A stretch of DNA of 64,000 nucleotides from contig JBFLWF010000004.1 in assembly GCA_040758355.1 (NCBI GenBank), positions 32,001-96,000 on the forward strand. Direction: 5' to 3'. A program made the position numbers and the translations under genes. The DNA comes from Nitrospirota bacterium. GTDB taxonomy: Bacteria > Nitrospirota > Thermodesulfovibrionia > Thermodesulfovibrionales > Dissulfurispiraceae. This document shows positions 1 through 8,101 of the stretch, piece by piece; position 1 is the first letter of the stretch; each line of letters starts with the position of its first letter. The notes under the pieces were generated by a model that was not told where the DNA came from, ran no database searches, and saw nothing but the letters and a program-made list of their open reading frames with translations.

Positions 1-224
1 TATCGGCTATATGCACGCATCTCGGCTGCATCGTGAATCAGGTAGATTGGGGATTCCTGTGTCCATGCCACGGCTCGAGATACAATGAGCATGGAAAGGT
101 CATTGGAGGTCCTGCACCGAGGAGCCTTGCATGGCTCGAGATAAGCGAGGCTATTGACGGCAGCCTTGAAGTTGACACGGCAAAGAGTGTTCCTGTCGGG
201 ACAAAGCTCAAACTTTATGCATAA
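1..224 (+). CDS. Rieske 2Fe-2S protein of a Rieske/cytochrome b complex (5' end outside window)
   Basis: Frame from nt 3 reads SAICTHLGC...CPCHGSRY...GPAP, i.e. both Rieske boxes; cytochrome b follows. Confidence 0.93.
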   Translation, partial: SAICTHLGCIVNQVDWGFLCPCHGSRYNEHGKVIGGPAPRSLAWLEISEAIDGSLEVDTAKSVPVGTKLKLYA

Positions 225-244
225 AAAATAAAGAGGTCAAGGCT

Positions 245-1801
245 ATGAATGAAATGAAACAATCCGGAATCGATGTATTTAAACATAACATTAAGTCTTT
301 ACTGGGGTCGTTTGCAGGCTCCTATCTGAGAAGCGGCAAGCCCACATCCGACAAGTCGAGGGCGGCTGCAATGTTCAATAACTTTTTCCTCCATGTCCAG
401 GGGGTCAAGACGCACATAAATACCTTAAGACCGACTTATACATTGGGTCTGGGGCTTATATCCTTCTTCCTTTTGATCATCACCGTCATATCGGGCGTCC
501 TTCTTATGGTCTACTACAACCCATCGATAGAGCACGGGTATACCAGCGTAAAGGACATAAACTATGTGGTCTTTGCCGGCAAACTGATAAGGAATGTGCA
601 TAAATGGGCAGGCGAAGGAATGATAATCTTTGTCCTGCTGCACATGGCAAGGGTCTTCTACACAAGCTCATACAAAAAAGGAAGGGAATTCAACTGGGTT
701 GTCGGCATAGTACTGCTGATACTCACATTCGGAATCAACCTATCTGGTTATATGCTTCCATGGGATCAGCTTTCATACTGGGCATTGGTTATTGTTGCAA
801 ACATCATACAATCTCCAAAAGAGATCACAGACTCGCTGGGCATAACAAACTTCTTCGATATCGGCGGCTTCTCTAAAGAGCTATTCCTCGGCGGTTTAAC
901 TGCAGGCAAGGAATCCCTCACAAGGGTCTATCTACTCCATATAATGCTCTTTCCAATCTTTTTATTCATATTCCTCGGCGTGCATTTCTGGAGGATAAGA
1001 AAGGATGGAGGTCTCACAAAACCGGATGTGTTTGAGCCAAAGCCCATCGATGCAGGATTGGCAGCAATTCCTGAAAAAAGAGGAGGCATATTCCCTACAA
1101 ACAAGACATATGGCCTTATGGAGCTTGCCCATGGCAGGACGCCTGTTGTTGACAGGGATGTGGAAAACACCGTGCTCAGCTGGCCGAATCTCTTAATAGC
1201 AGAGGCAGCGTTGTTTGTATTCTGCCTTGCCGGCGTCACTGTTTATTCATTCTTTATAGACGCGCCGCTTAAAGAATTAGCTAATCCGATGATACCAGAA
1301 AACCCTGCAAAGGCGCCGTGGTATTTTCTTGGTCTTCAGGAACTTCTCTCATACTCTGCATTTATGGGCGGGGTAGGCCTTCCGGGATTGGCGCTCTTAG
1401 GGCTTGCACTTATACCGTATCTTGACAGGGAAGAACAGCATGTAGGAATCTGGTTTTCTAACAAACAGGGGAAGCGTGTTGCCATCGAGGCGCTGATTGC
1501 TGGCACGATTGTAGTAATCGGACTTCTTGCATTCGTGATAAATTTCGGATGGTTCAGGAACTGGTGGCCCAATGTTCCGCAGCTTTTAATCACCCTCATA
1601 AACCCGGGTAATATCTGGGTGGGCTTTATGATTGCGTGGTCGATTTATGTGATAAAGAGGACAGGTTCAACGAGGATGGGTGCAATAGCCTTATTCACGA
1701 TGTTCCTGATCAGCTTTCTGATTTATACATATGTAGGAACTGAATTAAGAGGGCCAAACTGGGATTTCTTCTGGTCGAAGAGCCAGTGGCCGGCTCATTA
1801 A
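245..1801 (+). CDS. petB: Cytochrome b (b6-like domain fused to subunit-IV-like domain) of a Rieske/cytb complex
   Basis: Heme His pairs RNVHKW...LLHMARV and LLHIM...GVHFW; GYMLPWDQ; APWY variant of the PEWY motif; many TM helices. Confidence 0.92.
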   Translation: MNEMKQSGIDVFKHNIKSLLGSFAGSYLRSGKPTSDKSRAAAMFNNFFLHVQGVKTHINTLRPTYTLGLGLISFFLLIITVISGVLLMVYYNPSIEHGYTSVKDINYVVFAGKLIRNVHKWAGEGMIIFVLLHMARVFYTSSYKKGREFNWVVGIVLLILTFGINLSGYMLPWDQLSYWALVIVANIIQSPKEITDSLGITNFFDIGGFSKELFLGGLTAGKESLTRVYLLHIMLFPIFLFIFLGVHFWRIRKDGGLTKPDVFEPKPIDAGLAAIPEKRGGIFPTNKTYGLMELAHGRTPVVDRDVENTVLSWPNLLIAEAALFVFCLAGVTVYSFFIDAPLKELANPMIPENPAKAPWYFLGLQELLSYSAFMGGVGLPGLALLGLALIPYLDREEQHVGIWFSNKQGKRVAIEALIAGTIVVIGLLAFVINFGWFRNWWPNVPQLLITLINPGNIWVGFMIAWSIYVIKRTGSTRMGAIALFTMFLISFLIYTYVGTELRGPNWDFFWSKSQWPAH

Positions 1802-1850
1802 TTAAGAGAGCAAGTGAGTGATCAAATTTTAAGATAAAAGAGGGAGAGAC

Positions 1851-3266
1851 ATGCGCAACAGGTTCTTTTTATGGATATTGTTTTTGTCCGGAGCAGTTCT
1901 CTTTGTTTTTACACTGATTGCTGCTTACAGGGAGATATCGCCTGAATGGAAGAGATATCAGGCGCAATACAAAGAGCAGATCATCAAACTCGCAAAAGAC
2001 GATGCAGTGAAAAAAAAGGCAAAGGAATTGGTTCCGGCAGTGCAGCAGATGTACCTTGGAGCCCTTAACAGGATTGACCGCTGCACGAGCTGCCATATAG
2101 GCGTCGAAAATCCGATGATGGCGAATGCCAAACTGCCGCTTAAGCAGCACAGCGGTGATTATTTAAAGAATCATCCACCTGATAAGTTTGGCTGCACTGT
2201 CTGCCATTACGGACAGGGCCGCGCCACAAACAAAAAAGAGGCGCATGCTGCAACCCGCGATACGCATTGGGACTTCCCGACCATGCCATTAAAGTATATA
2301 CAGAGTTCATGCACGCAATGCCATGATTACGAGATGCTGAGCGCAAAGGGCTATGACAATATCGTTAAGGGGGCAAAACTCTTCAGGGAAAAAGGGTGCA
2401 GGGGATGCCACAAACTAAATGGCATCGGAGGCGCTCTCGGCAAAAAGCTCGATGTTGTCGGCTCACAGCCGATTGCATACTTCCCGATGAGATTTGTCGA
2501 AGGCGACAAGACAACCTACAACTGGCACAAACAGCACTTCACCGATCCGAGGGCGCTTGTCCCGGAGAGCGAGATGAAGATCAATGTTAAGCCGGAGGAA
2601 ACGGATTTGCTGGCAACCTATGCGCTCTCACTCCGCGCAGGGGAGATGCCCAAAGATTACAGGAGAATAAAGGGTACAATGACTGTAGAAAAGCCCGACG
2701 AAGGCGAAGCGCTTTACAAGATGTTCTGCATCGCATGCCATACAGATGGCAAGGAGAGCTACTTTGATGAGATATTCAACCGCACAGTCCCTGCGATTAT
2801 GAAACCTGCGTTCTTAAAGACTGCCGATGAAAAGTACATCAAAAAGGTTATGGAAGATGGTCGTGCAGGCACACAGATGACCTCATGGAAGGCAACTGCC
2901 GGAGGACTTACCGATGCAGAGATTAACAAGATAATCACCTATATAACAAAGGATAGACCGGCTGCAAAACCCGAGAGGTTTGATTTTGCCGGATTTAAAA
3001 CGGATTTAAAACGCGGCGAAGATCTATACAATATCCGCTGTGCGCTCTGCCACGGCAAAAAAGGTCAGGGCGGTGAGGGATTCCTTGGGCTTAACCTGAG
3101 AAATCCTGTGGTGCAGGGCGCCGACCCCGAGTTTCTTGCCATAACGGTCAGGGATGGAAGGTCAGAGACATCCATGCCTCCATTCGGCAAAAAAGGCGTG
3201 GGGCTTACAGACCATGATATAGCAGATGTGGTCTCTTATGTAAAAACACTGTCAAAAAAGAAATGA
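1851..3266 (+). CDS. Membrane-anchored hexaheme cytochrome c
   Basis: N-terminal TM; six CxxCH (CTSCH, CTVCH, CTQCH, CRGCH, CIACH, CALCH). Confidence 0.9.
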   Translation: MRNRFFLWILFLSGAVLFVFTLIAAYREISPEWKRYQAQYKEQIIKLAKDDAVKKKAKELVPAVQQMYLGALNRIDRCTSCHIGVENPMMANAKLPLKQHSGDYLKNHPPDKFGCTVCHYGQGRATNKKEAHAATRDTHWDFPTMPLKYIQSSCTQCHDYEMLSAKGYDNIVKGAKLFREKGCRGCHKLNGIGGALGKKLDVVGSQPIAYFPMRFVEGDKTTYNWHKQHFTDPRALVPESEMKINVKPEETDLLATYALSLRAGEMPKDYRRIKGTMTVEKPDEGEALYKMFCIACHTDGKESYFDEIFNRTVPAIMKPAFLKTADEKYIKKVMEDGRAGTQMTSWKATAGGLTDAEINKIITYITKDRPAAKPERFDFAGFKTDLKRGEDLYNIRCALCHGKKGQGGEGFLGLNLRNPVVQGADPEFLAITVRDGRSETSMPPFGKKGVGLTDHDIADVVSYVKTLSKKK

Positions 3267-3300
3267 TTGAAATTAAATATAAAGTGTGAGAGGATTGGAG

Positions 3301-4059
3301 ATGAAAGTTAAAGTATTTGTATTGTCGGTTATTCTCTTAATGTCTCAACAAACAGTCTTTGGAGCAGAGGCTCAAAAGGGCGATTTAGGCAAGAAGGTTT
3401 ATGAAGAGCGCTGCCAGATTTGCCATGGCGCAAAAGGCGATGGCAAGGGACTGGTGGGCGTTATGAAGAGGTCGGAAAAGAGTGGAAGAATTATAAATGT
3501 AGAGGCGAGGGACTTTACCCTCGGTGTCTTCAGGTTCCGCACCACCTCAACCGGATGTCTGCCTGCAAATGAAGACCTTGTATCTTTAGTAAATAAGGGC
3601 ATTCCAAGGTCATTTATGCCGCCTCATAAAGACCAGCTTTCAATGGAAGAAAAGAAGGCTGTTGCCGACCATATAAAGACCTTTTCAACGAGGTGGAAAG
3701 AGGAAGAACCCTGCAAATCCATACCTGTAAAAAAACCAAAATGGGTTGGCAGTCGTTCTTCTGTTGAAAAGGGCAAAAAGATATATAAAGAGATGAAATG
3801 CTGGGAATGCCACGGCGATGATGGAAAAGGCAAAGGACCAAAGTCGGATACGATCAAAGACGACTGGGGAAAACCTATAGTGCCGTTTGATTTTACTACA
3901 GGCGCTACCAAGATGGGAGATGCCCCTGAAAATGTTTATACAGCATATACAACAGGACTTGACGGCACGGGTATGCCTTCATATGAGGACTCTCTGAAAG
4001 AGGACGAGAGATGGCATCTTGTCTCATATACGCTCAAATTGATGGGAAAGGTTAAGTAG
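3301..4059 (+). CDS. Periplasmic diheme cytochrome c (paralog 1)
   Basis: Signal peptide; CQICH and CWECH; ATG 3301 preferred over upstream GTG. Confidence 0.88.
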   Translation: MKVKVFVLSVILLMSQQTVFGAEAQKGDLGKKVYEERCQICHGAKGDGKGLVGVMKRSEKSGRIINVEARDFTLGVFRFRTTSTGCLPANEDLVSLVNKGIPRSFMPPHKDQLSMEEKKAVADHIKTFSTRWKEEEPCKSIPVKKPKWVGSRSSVEKGKKIYKEMKCWECHGDDGKGKGPKSDTIKDDWGKPIVPFDFTTGATKMGDAPENVYTAYTTGLDGTGMPSYEDSLKEDERWHLVSYTLKLMGKVK

Positions 4060-4218
4060 GGCCTCTGAAGGCCTTTATCTTACAGCACAAGGGGGTGAAT
4101 ATCGAAGAAAAAAGCACGGGGGAATTAGATTAAGGGGTAGCAGTATCTTTTAAACAGTCGGGTAAAAGGAGCAACAAACAGTATCAATAAAAATTGATAC
4201 AAACGGGGAGGCAGAAAA

Positions 4219-5004
4219 ATGAAAGATAATAGTAAAAAGTTAACGACTGCTACAATAATCTTTTTAATGCTTCTAACATTGATCGTTGGAGCAGTTGCTG
4301 TGGATGCAGCAGAGAATAAGACAATCGAGTTGGGCAAGAAGGTCTATGAAAAACGTTGTGTTATCTGCCACGGCCCTAAAGGCGATGGCAAGGGGCTGGT
4401 CGGCATCGTTCACAGGTACCAGAAGAGGGGTGCTGTACAGACTATTTTCCCGAGGGATTTTACAACAGGAGTTTATAGATTCCGCACAACTGCCACAGGT
4501 TGCCTGCCGACAAACGACGATCTTCTGAGAGTTGTAACAGGCGGTATTCCGAGGGCATACATGCCGTCTCATGAGGATGTGCCATTGGATGAAAGGAAAG
4601 CCGTCGCAGAGTATATCAAGACATTTTCAAAAAGGTGGAAAGAGGAAGAAGCGTGCAAGCCTTTTATCGTGAAAGCTCCCAAGTGGGTTGGAAATTCCGA
4701 ATCAACGGATAAAGGTAAAAAATTATACAAAGAGATGAAGTGCTGGGAGTGCCACGGCGAGCACGGCAAGGGTGACGGTCCCAAATCAGACAGGCTGAAA
4801 GACGACTGGGGAGATCCGATACTTCCATTTGATTTTACTACTGGTGCCCTTAAACTGGGGTTTGCTCCCGAAAATGTTTACACAGCATATACAACAGGAC
4901 TCGATGGTTCGGGCATGCCGTCTTATGAGGACTCAATGAGCGAGGAAGATAGATGGCATCTTGTATCGTATACCCTGATATTGATGGGACGCACCAAGAA
5001 ATAA
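4219..5004 (+). CDS. Periplasmic diheme cytochrome c (paralog 2)
   Basis: Signal peptide; CVICH and CWECH; collinear with 3301-4059. Confidence 0.88.
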   Translation: MKDNSKKLTTATIIFLMLLTLIVGAVAVDAAENKTIELGKKVYEKRCVICHGPKGDGKGLVGIVHRYQKRGAVQTIFPRDFTTGVYRFRTTATGCLPTNDDLLRVVTGGIPRAYMPSHEDVPLDERKAVAEYIKTFSKRWKEEEACKPFIVKAPKWVGNSESTDKGKKLYKEMKCWECHGEHGKGDGPKSDRLKDDWGDPILPFDFTTGALKLGFAPENVYTAYTTGLDGSGMPSYEDSMSEEDRWHLVSYTLILMGRTKK

Positions 5005-5042
5005 TTTCTTCATGAAACCGAGAAAAAGAAGGAGGTTTGGAA

Positions 5043-6899
5043 ATGTCTGAAAATAAAAATAAAGACAAAAAGCTTGACAGAAGAGGTTTTCTTAAATTTT
5101 TAGGCGTTGCCGGTGCTGCTGCAGGCGCAGGCATGATTACAAAGGAAATTATCCCGGATTCGGCAAAGAAGACCATTGTAGCAAAGGCTGAGGCTGCTGC
5201 CAACGGCAAGCAGAAGTATGAGGTAAAGCCCGGCGAGTATGATACACACTATGGCTTCTGGAGCGGAGGCCATTCGGGCGAGGTAAGGATTCTTGGTGTC
5301 CCTTCAATGCGCGAGCTCAAAAGGATACCGGTCTTTAACCTGGAGTGCGGCTCCGGCTGGGGATATACCAATGAGAGCAAGAAGCTCCTGAGAGGCGTTA
5401 CTGTTGGAGATACCCATCATGTCCACGGCTCTTATAAAAACGGCACATATGATGGCAAATACCTCTTTGTGAACGATAAGATCAACAACAGGGTTGCGAG
5501 GATAAGGATCGATTATATGGAGGTGGATGCGATACTTGAAGTGCCCAATATACAGGGAATGCACGGACTCTTCCCGCAGAGGCATCCAAAGACAGAATGG
5601 GTTGTTGTAAACAGCGAATTTCAGGTGCCTTTCCCCAACAGGCCGGAAGCGCCGCAAAAGGAGTATTATGGAGCACATACCATAATAGATGCAGAAAGGA
5701 TGGCAGTAATATGCCAGGTCATGATAGAGGAAAACCTTGACCTTGCTGCAACAGATTATCAGGGCAAATACTCGATGGCTACTTCCTACAACACGGAGCA
5801 GGGTGTTGTCATCTCAGAGATGCTCGCAGCCGACCATGACTACATGATTGTCTTTAACTGGGAAAGGATAAGGAATGCGCTGAAGAAAGGCAATTACAAG
5901 ACTATAAACGGCGTGAAGGTCATAGACGGAAGGAGGGGTAAATCCGACATAGTTTTAAGGATACCTGTTCCGAAGAACCCGCATGGCGTCAACATATCGC
6001 CTGACGGGAAATATGCTGTCTGCTCAGGAAAGGTCTCTCCGACATGTACGGTTGTCGACCTCTCAAAGTTGGACCTTGCCTATGCAGGAAAGATAAAGCC
6101 GGCAGAATGCGTAGTTGCAGAGCCGTTCATAGGGCTTGGTCCGCTGCATACAACATTTGACGGCAGGGGCAATGCCATAACATCCGTATTCATTGACAGC
6201 ACCAATGTGAAATGGAATATTGCCAAGGCAATTGAAGCAGAAAGGCAGGGACCCGAGGCAAAGAAGAAGAACCCGCATATTGTGGATGTCCTGGATGTCC
6301 ACTACCAGGTAGGACACATGATGGCATCAATGGCCGAGACAAAAGAGCCGGACGGCAAATGGCTCATATCGCTTAATAAGATGTCAAAGGACAGATTCAT
6401 CAATGTGGGCCCGCTGAAGCCCGAGTGTGAACAGCTTGTGGACTGTAGCGGCGACAAGCTCAAGATCGTTCATGACGGCTCGGCTTATATAGAGCCACAT
6501 GACGTTATCCTTGTGAGGAGGGATTTAATAGAGCCGCATGTAAAAGACCGTTACAATATGTTTGAACATCCACTTGCAACAACAAAGAGCGGGGTTGAGA
6601 GGAAGGGGAATGATGTTATTGTCAGAATGACAGCAAATGCCCCGATGTACGGGCTTCAGGAAGTCAGGGTGAAGAAAGGCAACAGGGTTACTGTCATTGT
6701 GACGAACAATGATGAGATATCCGATCTTACGCACGGCTTTGCCCTTGAACGCCACAACATCAGCTTTGTGGTCGCACCCTTCCAGACAAAATCAGCGACA
6801 TTCACAGCAGACAAGCCCGGCGTATACTGGGCATACTGCACAAACTTCTGCCATGCACTACACCTCGAGATGAGGATGAGGTTCATAGTGGAAGCATGA
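5043..6899 (+). CDS. nosZ: Nitrous-oxide reductase, Tat-exported
   Basis: RRGFLK signal; CuZ motifs DTHHVH, MHG, PKNPHG, GPLH, DVHYQVGH, EPHD; CuA HGF...CTNFCHALHLEM; AGGAGG 7 nt before ATG 5043. Confidence 0.97.
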   Translation: MSENKNKDKKLDRRGFLKFLGVAGAAAGAGMITKEIIPDSAKKTIVAKAEAAANGKQKYEVKPGEYDTHYGFWSGGHSGEVRILGVPSMRELKRIPVFNLECGSGWGYTNESKKLLRGVTVGDTHHVHGSYKNGTYDGKYLFVNDKINNRVARIRIDYMEVDAILEVPNIQGMHGLFPQRHPKTEWVVVNSEFQVPFPNRPEAPQKEYYGAHTIIDAERMAVICQVMIEENLDLAATDYQGKYSMATSYNTEQGVVISEMLAADHDYMIVFNWERIRNALKKGNYKTINGVKVIDGRRGKSDIVLRIPVPKNPHGVNISPDGKYAVCSGKVSPTCTVVDLSKLDLAYAGKIKPAECVVAEPFIGLGPLHTTFDGRGNAITSVFIDSTNVKWNIAKAIEAERQGPEAKKKNPHIVDVLDVHYQVGHMMASMAETKEPDGKWLISLNKMSKDRFINVGPLKPECEQLVDCSGDKLKIVHDGSAYIEPHDVILVRRDLIEPHVKDRYNMFEHPLATTKSGVERKGNDVIVRMTANAPMYGLQEVRVKKGNRVTVIVTNNDEISDLTHGFALERHNISFVVAPFQTKSATFTADKPGVYWAYCTNFCHALHLEMRMRFIVEA

Positions 6900-6911
6900 T
6901 TGTATAAACAA

Positions 6912-6947
6912 GAATTGGGGTCAGGAAATCGCTCCTGACCCCAATTC
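6912..6947 (+). terminator. Stem-loop after nosZ (terminator or mRNA stabiliser)
   Basis: GAATTGGGGTCAGGA / TCCTGACCCCAATTC perfect 15-bp inverted repeat. Confidence 0.7.
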
Positions 6948-7018
6948 AATTCTTGATTATAAGAACAGATAGTAATTTATGTTAAAGTATAAATTATAAT
7001 TAGAAAGAAGGAACTGCC

Positions 7019-8098
7019 ATGAGAAAAACCATACTATCACTAATATTCCTTTTTGTTTTCATTTACACAGGCATTGGGTACAGTGAGCAATGGAAACTGT
7101 TTGAACATAGATACAGCTATAAATTGGAGGATGTGCTTCAGGCATCGAAATTTGTACAGAAAAAGGGCTACTGGGAAGGTTACAAAGATAATAAACTCGT
7201 AGGTTATGTCTTTATATCCAAGGATTGGACGAGCAAATTGGTCGGTTATGCAGGTAAGCATCTCGAAACGCTTATCGGTATGGATACAAACGGAAACATT
7301 ACGGGCGTAAAACTTCTCTTTCACTCGGAGCCTATAGTCCTGATCGGCCTTAAAGAGGAGCATTATCTGGACTTTATAAAACAATATAAAGGGAAAAACA
7401 TAAAGAGCCCCCTGTCTGTGGGCAGGGAAATATCGATGGATGTCATTACAGGGGCTACGGTTACTGCTGTCGTTCAGAACTCGATAATCCTCGAGAGTGC
7501 GAGAAAGGTTGCCGATGCCACAGGCGTGCTGAAGGTTGCAAAAGGCAAAGGTCGGAAGCTCAGCCAGAAATATGCAGCGCTCACATGGGATGAACTGAAG
7601 AAATCAGGCGCACTTAAAAACATCGTGATAAGGCACAAAGACCTGGGAATCGAAGGCGAAGACCCCTTTCTCGACCTCTATGTCGGAGTTGCGACACAGC
7701 CTTCCATAGGCAGGAGTCTTCTCGGAGATGCTCTCTACAGGGATATCATGGGAAGGCTGAAGAACGGCGAATCTGCGATAGTCATATTTTCAAGAGGGAA
7801 AGGGTCGTTTAAAGGCACCGGATTTGTCCGCGGAGGCGTATTTGACAGATTTAATATTGAACAGGGCGCCAAGGTTCATATGCTGACGGACAAGGATTAC
7901 AGGGTCTTATCCGAACTCCATGCAAAGGGCGCTCCATCTATAGATGAAGGGGGCGTGTTCATTATCAGGGGCAGGGATTTTGATCCGACAGAGCCTTTTA
8001 AATTGAATCTTATACTCCCTTACCGTGTTTCTGTTGCCAAAAAGGAGTTCAAATCTTTTTATACGGAGTACGAGATTCCGGAGAGGTTTTTAGAATAA
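7019..8098 (+). CDS. NosR-like periplasmic FMN-binding protein (N-terminal half of NosR)
   Basis: Signal peptide; GYAGK, HSEPI, flavinylation motif DVITGATVT, SFKGTGFVRGGVFDR. Confidence 0.85.
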   Translation: MRKTILSLIFLFVFIYTGIGYSEQWKLFEHRYSYKLEDVLQASKFVQKKGYWEGYKDNKLVGYVFISKDWTSKLVGYAGKHLETLIGMDTNGNITGVKLLFHSEPIVLIGLKEEHYLDFIKQYKGKNIKSPLSVGREISMDVITGATVTAVVQNSIILESARKVADATGVLKVAKGKGRKLSQKYAALTWDELKKSGALKNIVIRHKDLGIEGEDPFLDLYVGVATQPSIGRSLLGDALYRDIMGRLKNGESAIVIFSRGKGSFKGTGFVRGGVFDRFNIEQGAKVHMLTDKDYRVLSELHAKGAPSIDEGGVFIIRGRDFDPTEPFKLNLILPYRVSVAKKEFKSFYTEYEIPERFLE

Positions 8099-8101
8099 TT
8101 C

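Noticed and set aside
5043..6899. Clade II or cytochrome c-fused NosZ
   Set aside because: It has a Tat signal, DxHHxH and EPHD, and no CxxCH extension.
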